Position numbers and translations under genes: made by a program. A stretch of 44,265 nucleotides of DNA. It comes from Candidatus Parcubacteria bacterium. GTDB lineage: Bacteria; Patescibacteriota; Minisyncoccia; Phycocordibacterales; CAIZLB01. Position 1 is the first letter of the stretch. Every line of letters starts with the position of its first letter. Location: NCBI GenBank assembly GCA_043722755.1, contig JAYSOO010000100.1:1-44265 (forward strand), read 5' to 3'. Shown in pieces: positions 26,139-34,831 of the stretch. Under the pieces are notes generated by a model, which was not told where the DNA came from, searched no databases, and was given only the letters and a program-made list of their open reading frames with translations.

Positions 26139-28241
26139 CTAAACATCCAACCTCGCCGCCCTCGCATTCGACTGAATGAAACTCTTTCTCGATGGAACAT
26201 CAGTACCCATCAAAACGTCGATCACACGGTCTGTTGCTACTATATCCTCTATTCTAACCTGCTTCAAAACTCTTTTTGCTGGGTCCATAGTTGTCTCACC
26301 AAGCTCATCAGCGTTCATTTCACCTAATCCTTTATATCTTTGTATATAAGGCTTCTTCATAGTTTTGGTTTTTGAAGTTGTTTCTTCCTCTCCTTCTACT
26401 TCCTCCATGTTTTCATTTTCCTCCTCACCTTCCTTTATCTCTGCATCAGCTTGCTCATATCCTATCTTTTTAAAGTATACATCCTTCTCTGCATCTGAAT
26501 AATAATATCCAACTTCTTTTCCGTATTTGATCTTGTATAGTGGCGGTTGTGCTACATATATAAACCCTCCTTCAATAAGCGGTCTAAAATATCTATATAA
26601 CAAAGTTAGAATCAATGTTCTAATGTGAGCACCGTCAACGTCGGCATCAGTTGCAATGATAACTTTATGATATCGAAGTTTTGTGATATCAAACACATCA
26701 CCGATGGCAGTACCTAAAGCGATAACTAAGTTTCGAACTTGCTCTGAAGCCAAGATCTTATCAAGTCGTGCTCTTTCAATGTTTAAGATCTTACCTCTAA
26801 GTGGTAGCACAGCTTGTGTCTTTCTGTTTCTTCCTTGCACTGCTGTACCTCCCGCAGAATCCCCCTCCACAATGAAAAGCTCTGACTCTTCAGCTCTTCT
26901 ACTTTGACAATCAGAAAGTTTTCCTGGAAGTGTCATTCCTTCTAGTGCCCCCTTGCGGAGTATGGAATCCTTGGCAGCCTTAGCAGCTTTACGAGCACGC
27001 ACAGCAAGAACAACTTTAGAGATAATCTGCTTTGCATCATCTGGATTTTCCTCAAGGAATGATGAGAAAGCCTCACCAAAAATACTCGATACGGCGGATT
27101 GTGCTTCGGTTGATCCAAGCTTTGATTTTGTCTGTCCTTCGAACTGTATCTCTTGCAGCTTCACTGAAACAACTGCACATAAACCTTCAAGTACATCATC
27201 TCCCGTAAATGACTCATCATCTTTAACCAGATTGCTTTTCTTCGCGTATGTATTTAAAATACGAGTCAATGCCGTTTTAAAACCTGTAACATGAGTACCC
27301 CCCTCTAACGTATAGATATTGTTAGCAAAAGCCACAAGACGTGGATTCATGTCATCAGTATATTGAAGTGCAACTTCAACACCAACATTAACACCTTCTG
27401 CTCCTTTGTCTTTTGATGTATAATCCTTTTCTACATAGAAAACATTTTTATGAATAACTTTTTGAGTTTGATTGTAAAAAGAAACAAGTGAAGATAATCC
27501 ACCTTCAAAGTAAAATGAAGTTGATGGAGCAATAATGTTTTCATCATAAATATATACAGAATCGTCAAGAAGTGATTTTATCTGTTTTTCATTCATACCT
27601 GATTCTCTTAAGTCGATAATATTTATCGTTAAACCTTTTACAAGATATGCTTGTTGTCTAAAACGTGACACTATTTTTTGCCAATCATATTCTATACCCT
27701 CTTTGAAAATAGTCTCATCTGGCTTCCAAGTAACAATAGTTCCATGCAACTTTGATGTACCAACTTTTTTAAGAGCGTATTTAGGTTTACCGATCTCATA
27801 CTCTTGTATGAACTTTGATCCATTTTGATGAACTTCAACACGAGTATGTATTGACAGAGCGTTCACAACAGAGGCGCCCACACCATGAAGTCCTCCAGAG
27901 ACTTTATAGCCCTCACCACCAAACTTACCTCCGGCATGAAGTACTGTCATGATAGTTTCCACTGCTGACACTTTCGTTTTAGGATGTAAACCTGTTGGCA
28001 TACCGCGACCGTTGTCGACTATACGTATATATCCGTCCGGCAGTAAAGATACCTCGATACGATCTGCAAAACCACCCATAGCCTCATCGCGACAGTTGTC
28101 AAAAATCTCCCATATAAGGTGATGTAAACCTTCAGGTCCTGTAGTACCAATGTACATACCTGGTCGCTTTCTAACAGGCTCTAGACCCTCTAGGACTTGG
28201 ATTGAATCGGCGTCATAGCCTTTCTGTTTTTTTTCTGCCAT
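26139..28241 (-). CDS. gyrB: DNA gyrase subunit B
   Basis: 700-aa ORF with a GHKL ATPase domain (LHHLIWEIFDNCRDEA, GGLHGVG), a Toprim domain (ELFIVEGDSAGG, DADVDGAHI) and YKGLGEM. An acidic insert precedes the C-terminal tail. Confidence 0.97.
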   Translation of the reverse strand: MAEKKQKGYDADSIQVLEGLEPVRKRPGMYIGTTGPEGLHHLIWEIFDNCRDEAMGGFADRIEVSLLPDGYIRIVDNGRGMPTGLHPKTKVSAVETIMTVLHAGGKFGGEGYKVSGGLHGVGASVVNALSIHTRVEVHQNGSKFIQEYEIGKPKYALKKVGTSKLHGTIVTWKPDETIFKEGIEYDWQKIVSRFRQQAYLVKGLTINIIDLRESGMNEKQIKSLLDDSVYIYDENIIAPSTSFYFEGGLSSLVSFYNQTQKVIHKNVFYVEKDYTSKDKGAEGVNVGVEVALQYTDDMNPRLVAFANNIYTLEGGTHVTGFKTALTRILNTYAKKSNLVKDDESFTGDDVLEGLCAVVSVKLQEIQFEGQTKSKLGSTEAQSAVSSIFGEAFSSFLEENPDDAKQIISKVVLAVRARKAAKAAKDSILRKGALEGMTLPGKLSDCQSRRAEESELFIVEGDSAGGTAVQGRNRKTQAVLPLRGKILNIERARLDKILASEQVRNLVIALGTAIGDVFDITKLRYHKVIIATDADVDGAHIRTLILTLLYRYFRPLIEGGFIYVAQPPLYKIKYGKEVGYYYSDAEKDVYFKKIGYEQADAEIKEGEEENENMEEVEGEEETTSKTKTMKKPYIQRYKGLGEMNADELGETTMDPAKRVLKQVRIEDIVATDRVIDVLMGTDVPSRKSFIQSNARAARLDV

Positions 28242-28250
28242 ATGAGGAGT

Positions 28251-28259
28251 ATTATAGCA
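28251..28259 (-). promoter_or_regulatory. gyrB extended -10 element (leaderless configuration)
   Basis: TGCTATAAT on the minus strand, 9 nt upstream of the gyrB ATG. No good -35 element. Confidence 0.5.
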
Positions 28260-28327
28260 TGTTTGAGAGTTTTTTGGGTAGGAGTTTTGTGGGTTTTGTG
28301 GTGTGGGTTTTAGAAGAATATAGAAAA

Positions 28328-28687
28328 TTATCCCCTTCCCAACTTTTCTTCCACTGACTTAAGTTTTTCATTCAATCTAACAAGTTTTTCAGGTATGTCA
28401 CCTTCTGGAACTTTGACCATTTCCATTTGTATCATGTAGTATGCGGCAAATAGATATTCTCCAACATCAAAAACAAGATTGGAATCAACAAGTAGATCAG
28501 CAACTTCAATATTGAACTCCAGTCGAGAATATGTACTCTTTGATTCATCAGCTTCTTTTTGCATTTGAATAAACCAAAGCTTGTAAGCTTCGACCGCTTG
28601 AAAAGATTCACCTTGTTGTTTAAAAAGTTGAACAACTTCGTCTCTGGTTGGTATTTCTGGGCTGAAAGATTTTTCGAATTGTATCAT
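28328..28687 (-). CDS. hypothetical helical protein
   Basis: 119-aa ORF. TGcTACAAT lies 6 nt upstream of the ATG. No motif recognised. Confidence 0.45.
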   Translation of the reverse strand: MIQFEKSFSPEIPTRDEVVQLFKQQGESFQAVEAYKLWFIQMQKEADESKSTYSRLEFNIEVADLLVDSNLVFDVGEYLFAAYYMIQMEMVKVPEGDIPEKLVRLNEKLKSVEEKLGRG

Positions 28688-28747
28688 GGGTTTATTGTAG
28701 CAAGTTTTTTATATAGCAGTAAAATATTCCAGTGTATAGTATTCATA

Positions 28748-29044
28748 TTATGTAAAACGTGTTTTTTTTATTGGACTACTATCAAAAACCAAAGACCAAA
28801 GTGAAAGTGATTTTTTATTCCATTCAGACACATTTGAATTATGTATAGCTGTTGATATTTCCTCTTTCGTAAAATTATCAAAAAGCCACGTAACAGCATA
28901 AGTTGTACCCATATTTAAGATATTTTTAATGATGAGCAACCTATGGTCAGGCAACGACAAATCGATCTTATCTGTATCATAAGACCAAAGACATACTTTT
29001 ACTGAGTCAGGTAAATCATATTTCATATATGTATTATACCACAA
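28748..29044 (-). CDS. hypothetical small protein
   Basis: 98-aa ORF with no confident family assignment. Confidence 0.4.
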   Translation of the reverse strand: MWYNTYMKYDLPDSVKVCLWSYDTDKIDLSLPDHRLLIIKNILNMGTTYAVTWLFDNFTKEEISTAIHNSNVSEWNKKSLSLWSLVFDSSPIKKTRFT

Positions 29045-29080
29045 ATGTAAGGGTTTAGCAGTTCCGAATATTTATTAAAT

Positions 29081-29108
29081 TTGACACATTTTAAAAATTT
29101 GATAACAT
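29081..29108 (+). promoter_or_regulatory. promoter of the candidate sRNA (MazF-like copy 1)
   Basis: TTGACA, a 16-nt spacer, then TGaTAACAT (an extended -10 element). Confidence 0.5.
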
Positions 29109-29113
29109 ATAAA

Positions 29114-29172
29114 GCACGAGAGTAACGCTCTCTTTGCCTTCGGGCCAGCAGCATCCAGTTGGATGTTGTTTT
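29114..29172 (+). ncRNA. candidate sRNA convergent with MazF-like copy 1
   Basis: Driven by promoter 29081-29108. Hairpins GAGAGT/GCTCTC (29118-29132) and GCC-TTCG-GGC (29136-29145). A 10-bp terminator stem (29147-29170) has two G:T pairs that work only on the + strand. A U-rich tail abuts the toxin stop codon. Confidence 0.5.
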
Positions 29173-29560
29173 ACTTTACATAAAGGTGACTAAAGTGTTT
29201 AAATAATTTTTTGTATTTGTTTTTAGATAAAGTGTACATCTTACTGACCAACCTTCTCCTGTCAAAACTCCTGATTTGGCAAAACAATACACCATGTTTT
29301 TTATTATCATTCGTAAATATAAAACTTTTATGTTTATCTGGGTATAGCTTTGTGGTTAAGGGCATGCCAATAAACATGTTTGGTATTTCAGTATTTATAA
29401 CCAGCACAGGTCTCAAGAAACCCAAACCTTTTCCATAGATTTCTTTCCCTATATTCATACCTAGATTACACCACCATATTTCCCTAATTTTTGGATTAAG
29501 ATATCTTTTGGTACTATTTATCTTTTGCTTTTTTATATTCCATATATTGTATACATTCAT
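29171..29560 (-). CDS. MazF/PemK-family toxin-like protein (orphan, copy 1)
   Basis: EIWWCNLGMNIGKEIYGKGLGFLRPVLVI and QIRSFDRRRL parallel the GDVYFADL..G.EQ.G.RPVLVI and IRTIDKQRL motifs of EndoA/MazF. No antitoxin-sized ORF is adjacent. Confidence 0.75.
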   Translation of the reverse strand: MNVYNIWNIKKQKINSTKRYLNPKIREIWWCNLGMNIGKEIYGKGLGFLRPVLVINTEIPNMFIGMPLTTKLYPDKHKSFIFTNDNKKHGVLFCQIRSFDRRRLVSKMYTLSKNKYKKLFKHFSHLYVK

Positions 29561-29681
29561 TCGAATATTTTAACAAGCAGGTCATCAAGAAAAACAAGAG
29601 AAATACCGAAGTTTTATCTGTGGAAATAATTAACCCTCTTGTGGCTAAAATAAAAATTCTAAAGAAAAAATATGAATTTTT

Positions 29682-31682
29682 CTACCGCACCTCAAACCCT
29701 GCCCCAACCAAAACACTCGCAATCTCCCCCATAACCCCCTTCGTCTCCTCCTCAGTCAACGTCTTCTCATATGACTGGAACACAAATCGATACGCATAAG
29801 ACGTCTTCCCATCTTTCTTGAAAATATCAAACCTGAAATAATTTTCTATAAGTGGTTGTTTTGCAACTTCATCTTTTATCATATGTTCTATATCCTCCTC
29901 ACCCTTACCCAACTCATCACTCACAAAAAATGCTATATCACGACTCATAGTTGGGTAGTCAGATCCTTTTTTATATTTCATACCTTTAATCAGTGCATTA
30001 TCAGATAAATAATTGTTTGCATGTTCAATATGCTCAAGTGAAATATTGTCCAGATTCAATTCACAAATAATAGTATTATTAATTGTCTCTATTTTTCCAC
30101 CCACCAAACCGAGCTCTGTTACTATCTCACCCATAGCATCCTCAGCTTTTTTATCTTTCGGCCATTTCACCATTCCAAGCCCTATAGCTAGATGATTCTC
30201 CTCAACGACATCATTTCCACTTTGAGAAAATACTTTTCCAATTTCAAAAATCTTAACTGTATTTTTTGAAACGAGATCCAGATATTTAAAGTTATTTAGA
30301 ACTGCTTTTATAATATTATTTTTCAAATCGCCTCGTAAACTATCTCTATCTGCCGTCAATGAATTTTCTAACAGAATAGAATTAGAATTTACTTTTGAAT
30401 CAACAAGAGTGTGCAGTATCACCTCATCAAAGTCGCGTGCTTTAAAGAATTTTCTCAAGTTGAAAATAAGCTTGTCAGTATTATTTATTAATCCCAAACT
30501 TGGAGTACTACTGTCCTTAAAAGTCTCATCATATTTCAAAGATTCAAAACCTTTATTTCTTAAAAATTCATCAGCTACATCTTCTGGTAGATTTAAATCT
30601 GAACGGTGATATGGAACGGTTATTGTATAATTACCCTCTGTTGTCTTTATCACCTCGGCACCAGTTTTTGGTAAAGTATATTCCAAGAACGAAATGAGTT
30701 GATCTGGAATAGTTGTATCTTTTGAATCTATCATCTTAGATATATTGTCAATAGTGATGTCAATAGTCTTTCTATTATTTTTATTGATGATATGAGATAT
30801 GTCATTTGAGATTTCAGTCTCGTGCACTTTTATCTCTGGTTTATCCCAAGTTAAAAGATGAATATAATCTTGCACCGCTAACAAAAATCTTTCTTTATTT
30901 AACCCTTGCTCAAAACGTTTTGATGAATCATTTAACAAGTTTAATGATCGCGCAGTTTTTCTGACTGTTGTTTGGTTAAAATTTGCAGACTCTAAATACA
31001 CACTAATTGTGTGTTCATCAACCTCAGCTTTGCTTCCTCCCTTCACACCAGCAATAGCCAAGATATCTTTACTGTCTCGTATAACCAATGTATTAGGCTC
31101 TAATTTTATTTCTTTACCGCCGAGTAAGGTTATAGTCTCTCCTTCTTTTGAGAGATCAACATGAATATGACCATAGACTTTATCAGCATCAAAAACATGC
31201 AATGGTTGCCCACTATCAAACATGACAAAGTTTGTCAGATCAACTAACAATGATTTTGGATTTTGACCAATAGCTGTTAAAGATTTTTTTATCCACTCTG
31301 GTGATTCTATGTTTTTAATATTTTCTATTTTAGTAATCGAATACACTGGACATAACTCTGTTAGAAATTTATTTACAATTTCATGATTGACAGAAAACTT
31401 TGTAAGTAATATATCTTTATCAGTTATATCAAATCTAATATTTTCATCGATAATAAGCTCGGGAATAAGTAGAGATAATTCCAAAGCCACATATCTAAGC
31501 CCATGGGCATATGGTCCACGGTCAGGTGTTATCTTGATATCATATATAAAATCATCGTCTTTTTCCTCAAAAGAATCAACCTCAAAAGCGTGCATAGTGA
31601 GAATATCTACTAGGTTTTTTGGTGTTGGTAAAACATCTGGATTTTTGTAGTATGTTGATAACCAGTTATATGAAATAAGCAT
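29682..31682 (-). CDS. pheT: phenylalanine--tRNA ligase beta subunit, lacking the B2 OB-fold domain
   Basis: MLISYNWL start, B3/B4 core (GQPLHVFDADKV), B5 and a C-terminal FDX-ACB-like end. At 666 aa it is shorter than the ~800 aa typical of bacteria. The segment between EVD and ITPDR is only ~15 aa. Confidence 0.9.
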   Translation of the reverse strand: MLISYNWLSTYYKNPDVLPTPKNLVDILTMHAFEVDSFEEKDDDFIYDIKITPDRGPYAHGLRYVALELSLLIPELIIDENIRFDITDKDILLTKFSVNHEIVNKFLTELCPVYSITKIENIKNIESPEWIKKSLTAIGQNPKSLLVDLTNFVMFDSGQPLHVFDADKVYGHIHVDLSKEGETITLLGGKEIKLEPNTLVIRDSKDILAIAGVKGGSKAEVDEHTISVYLESANFNQTTVRKTARSLNLLNDSSKRFEQGLNKERFLLAVQDYIHLLTWDKPEIKVHETEISNDISHIINKNNRKTIDITIDNISKMIDSKDTTIPDQLISFLEYTLPKTGAEVIKTTEGNYTITVPYHRSDLNLPEDVADEFLRNKGFESLKYDETFKDSSTPSLGLINNTDKLIFNLRKFFKARDFDEVILHTLVDSKVNSNSILLENSLTADRDSLRGDLKNNIIKAVLNNFKYLDLVSKNTVKIFEIGKVFSQSGNDVVEENHLAIGLGMVKWPKDKKAEDAMGEIVTELGLVGGKIETINNTIICELNLDNISLEHIEHANNYLSDNALIKGMKYKKGSDYPTMSRDIAFFVSDELGKGEEDIEHMIKDEVAKQPLIENYFRFDIFKKDGKTSYAYRFVFQSYEKTLTEEETKGVMGEIASVLVGAGFEVR

Positions 31683-31766
31683 ATATTTAGAGTACCAGAT
31701 GAGGTTTTTATTGTAAATCGTGAAGAGCTTGACTTATTTATACATTGTTGGATTATAAAATTAATG

Positions 31767-31795
31767 TTGGCATAATTTTCTCATAGGTATATAAT
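31767..31795 (+). promoter_or_regulatory. promoter of the pheS/pheT antisense RNA
   Basis: TTGGCA, a 17-nt spacer, then TATAAT. Confidence 0.55.
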
Positions 31796-31801
31796 AAATA
31801 C

Positions 31802-31981
31802 GTAACACTTCCTCCGCAGGAAAAGTTACATATCGGAACAGAAATTATTCAGTTCCACCAGCACATTCTCTCGTATGTTATTTAAAATCCTGAGTTTGGC
31901 CTATGGTTTCCCTTGGCACTCTCTCTCGATTTTAAATCTCATACCAAAATACGATCATCCTCATGGATAGATCGTTTTTTT
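31802..31981 (+). ncRNA. candidate ~180-nt structured RNA, antisense between pheS and pheT
   Basis: Consensus promoter TTGGCA-17-TATAAT (31767-31795). Intrinsic terminator at 31951-31974 plus T7. Internal helices GTAAC/GTTAC, GGAAC/GTTCC and the 10-bp ATTTAAAATC/GATTTTAAAT. No family recognised. Confidence 0.45.
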
Positions 31982-32024
31982 ATATATAAAATAAGCACCA
32001 CCACTCTCCTTGATACTGATTTAA

Positions 32025-32068
32025 GAACAAAAACAATCTATACTTTTTTGTATAGATTATTTTTGTTC
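32025..32068 (-). terminator. long hairpin immediately after the pheS stop
   Basis: GAACAAAAACAATCTATAC / GTATAGATTATTTTTGTTC, a 19-nt-arm stem with one mismatch and a T6/A6 loop. Confidence 0.6.
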
Positions 32069-32076
32069 GAGAATCC

Positions 32077-32808
32077 TTAAAACCATCTCGAAAACCTCAC
32101 ATCTCCACTCGACATATCCCTTATATCATCAATTCCATATTTTAACATTACCAATCTTTCCAGTCCTATACCGAACGCAAAACCTGAATATTTTTTTATC
32201 TGATCCTGATCCATCTTTTCATTATCCTTAAAACCATGGATCAATACTTCTGGATGAACAATTCCTCCACCACACACCTCAAGCCATCTATCTTTCCATA
32301 AAATATCAACTTCAAATCCCGGTTTTACGAATGGAAAATAACTGGCACGAAATCGTACTTGAATATCGTCACCGAAGAATTTCTTAAAGGCGTGGGTCAA
32401 GGTATTTTTTAAATCAGCCATTGAGATATTTTTATCAACACAAAGACCTTCAAGCTGATGAAACTCAGCCTCATGAGTTGCATCCGTTGCCTCATTTCTA
32501 AAAACTTTCCCAGCAGAGATGATTCTTATCGGTGGCAAATTTTCATTCATGCATTGTATTTGTGAATTTGACGTATGAGTTCTCGGGAGAATTCGTTCCA
32601 TTGATCCTGATTTTTCCATTCTCTCAAAACTTTTAGGCAACCAAAACGTATCTTGTGAATCGCGGGCAGGATGATCCTTCGCAACTCGAAGAGCATCAAA
32701 AATTTTCCATTCAGTATCTATTTCAGGACCATTATAAAAATCAAATCCAAGCTCCTTAAAAATATCTATAAACTCATATATAGTTTGTGTTGTTGGATGT
32801 AAGCTCAT
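32077..32808 (-). CDS. pheS: phenylalanine--tRNA ligase alpha subunit, catalytic core only
   Basis: 243-aa ORF beginning at the HP.T..T motif (MSLHPTTQTI). Class II motifs are present (DHPARDSQDTFWL, FRNE...HEAEFHQLEG, GFAFGIGLERL). There is no N-terminal coiled-coil. Confidence 0.9.
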   Translation of the reverse strand: MSLHPTTQTIYEFIDIFKELGFDFYNGPEIDTEWKIFDALRVAKDHPARDSQDTFWLPKSFERMEKSGSMERILPRTHTSNSQIQCMNENLPPIRIISAGKVFRNEATDATHEAEFHQLEGLCVDKNISMADLKNTLTHAFKKFFGDDIQVRFRASYFPFVKPGFEVDILWKDRWLEVCGGGIVHPEVLIHGFKDNEKMDQDQIKKYSGFAFGIGLERLVMLKYGIDDIRDMSSGDVRFSRWF

Positions 32809-32817
32809 GTTTTTATT

Positions 32818-33540
32818 TTATCTTTTTTTAGTCGTTGTTGCAGTCCTCGTTGTAGTTGTCGAGGTTGACGTCGCATTTTTCAATGCTTTCCAAATTTTTA
32901 TTTCAGGAATATATGACTCTATCTTCTCAATATCCTGATAACCTGTATATGTCTTTTCGTTTATAACCAGAGTGGGGCTTTGTGTAACCTTAAATATTGA
33001 TGACAGGGTGTCCAACGCTGGATTATTGCTTTTTTTGTCTAGATAATATACACGTATCTCTGGATAATCTAAAATTATCTTATCTAAGATAATTGACTGC
33101 TTTGCACAATCTTGACAGTCTGCATCATAGAAATATAATATAGACACTGTATTTTTTTTACATCTGTCATGAAATTCTTTAGCTAAAAGATAGTCTTTTA
33201 TTTGCAGCAACGAGTAATATTTTTTCAAGGAAATAACATCTGCATTTTCATAGCCCAACTGATTTTCAAGAGACTTTATTTTTAATGCAACATTGTTTAA
33301 ATCCTCATTAAATCCTATATCGCTTACTTTTGTGTTGTCGTTATTAACAATATGCTCACATGATGTTTTTTGCAAAAGCGAGAATCTAGTTTCCACAGAC
33401 AATATATCAAGATTTATCCTACTTTCCAGATCGCGAAGAGACTGAACTTTTTGATTACTAAACCCGTTGCTTAACCATATAGAGAAAAAAAATATCGCCA
33501 AAGTGATTATAAATGTATAAATATATCTTTTTTTATTCAT
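32818..33540 (-). CDS. membrane-anchored thioredoxin-fold protein (CxxC)
   Basis: About 240 aa from ATG 33540; the ORF-track start at 33600 overlaps the GT2 gene. N-terminal TM, a CQDC motif and a Thr-rich C-terminal tail. Confidence 0.5.
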   Translation of the reverse strand: MNKKRYIYTFIITLAIFFFSIWLSNGFSNQKVQSLRDLESRINLDILSVETRFSLLQKTSCEHIVNNDNTKVSDIGFNEDLNNVALKIKSLENQLGYENADVISLKKYYSLLQIKDYLLAKEFHDRCKKNTVSILYFYDADCQDCAKQSIILDKIILDYPEIRVYYLDKKSNNPALDTLSSIFKVTQSPTLVINEKTYTGYQDIEKIESYIPEIKIWKALKNATSTSTTTTRTATTTKKR

Positions 33541-33565
33541 AGTATTAGTATACTGATTTTTTAAT

Positions 33566-34813
33566 TTATCGCCACATAACCTTGCGTTTTGTAAGTCCAT
33601 TATATATTGACTTTAGGACCCATATTGGTGCCAAGATCGAGAACATGAAGAGAAAATACGGTATGTTCCAGAAATTCTTTTTTGAGACGTTTGATATCTC
33701 GCGACCAAATAAATATTGCAGGGTAACGCTGATATATAAAAACATGGCCATTATCACATATATCTTCGTATTGATGAAGAAAGCATCAAATGTTACCCAT
33801 TCAAAGAACCCTGTGAATCCAACTAGGTACAATTTATAAAAAAATTCCCAGATTGATAGAGCTACCTTATAGACAGAGTAAAAGAAAACAAAAAGTAATA
33901 TCAGATATGTAAACAATGTCATTGGCAAAGTGAACACTCCAAAATTTTTATACTTTCTATTAAACAACATAGCTTTGTAGTCCAAAACATTCATTATAAA
34001 GCCGTAACTCCATCTCAGTCTTTGCTTATAAAGTTTTTTAATAGTGTCAGGTCCCTTTGTCCAAACGATAGCATCATGGGCATGACGAACCTTAAGTCCC
34101 GCTTTTTGCATACGTATTGTCAGCTCTATATCTTCGAGATTGTGTGCATTGTTGTATCCTCCAACTATATCAAACACCTCTTTTCTAAAAACAGAAAAAG
34201 CACCAGGAACGACAAAGACAGCATCAGCTACTCCAAGCATCTTTTTGGTAAATGAAAAAATTTCATATTCAATCTCTTGAGCTTTTTGAGATATTGTTTT
34301 TGGTTTTTCTATAAGAACTGTCCCTCCAAGAGCCATCAAATCATTATCTTCGATAAAATAACGCACTGCATTTTTCAAAGCTTCGCGATTTATCTTTGTA
34401 TCAGCATCGAAAGACACAACTAATTCTGTCTTTAGAAAATTTAGTGCATGATTTAATGCAGAATGTTTTCCGCCATTTTCTTTGGTCAAAAGCATCACCT
34501 GATCGTTATTGGAAAATTCTTGCAAATTTTTCCAAGTGCCATCTGTAGATCCATCGTCAATTACGATAATATGAAATTTATTTTTAGGGTAATCCAGATT
34601 TAAAACTGAATTTACCGTTCCCAAGACCGAATCCTCTTCATTCCAACAAGGTATTAAAAAAGTTACGGATGGATATTCCTCATCCTGTATTTCTCTTTTG
34701 TTTTTTTTACTAGAATCAATGCTGTCTTCAAAAAACACAATTAAGAAAAAGACCTGTATATATATAGCTATGAACAAAAGAGATGTGTATATTATGTCGA
34801 AAGAATTTAACAT
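33566..34813 (-). CDS. family 2 glycosyltransferase, processive synthase type
   Basis: 415-aa ORF with IVIDDGSTDGT, DAD and the QRLRW motif (KQRLRWSYG), flanked by TM segments as in PgaC or cellulose-synthase-like enzymes. Confidence 0.85.
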   Translation of the reverse strand: MLNSFDIIYTSLLFIAIYIQVFFLIVFFEDSIDSSKKNKREIQDEEYPSVTFLIPCWNEEDSVLGTVNSVLNLDYPKNKFHIIVIDDGSTDGTWKNLQEFSNNDQVMLLTKENGGKHSALNHALNFLKTELVVSFDADTKINREALKNAVRYFIEDNDLMALGGTVLIEKPKTISQKAQEIEYEIFSFTKKMLGVADAVFVVPGAFSVFRKEVFDIVGGYNNAHNLEDIELTIRMQKAGLKVRHAHDAIVWTKGPDTIKKLYKQRLRWSYGFIMNVLDYKAMLFNRKYKNFGVFTLPMTLFTYLILLFVFFYSVYKVALSIWEFFYKLYLVGFTGFFEWVTFDAFFINTKIYVIMAMFLYISVTLQYLFGREISNVSKKNFWNIPYFLFMFSILAPIWVLKSIYNGLTKRKVMWR

Positions 34814-34831
34814 ATGTCATGTCTGAATATA

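Noticed and set aside
31875-31970. 31-aa ORF inside the pheS/pheT antisense RNA.
   Set aside because: The ATG is ~75 nt from the predicted TSS and has no ribosome-binding features. The ORF spans the 10-bp helix and the terminator. It is more likely non-coding, though a small protein cannot be excluded.
31683-32076. Possible T-box riboswitch on the minus strand between pheS and pheT. GGUGG-containing motifs (GCTGGTGGAACTG, GAGTGGTGGTGCT) and an AGAGAG run resemble T-box elements.
   Set aside because: I could not place a specifier loop with a Phe codon. There is no antiterminator/terminator pair with a U-tract in the right order. pheT also has its own promoter only 6 nt from its ATG, which leaves no leader. 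The + strand promoter-plus-terminator reading is more coherent. Rfam should still be run on both strands.
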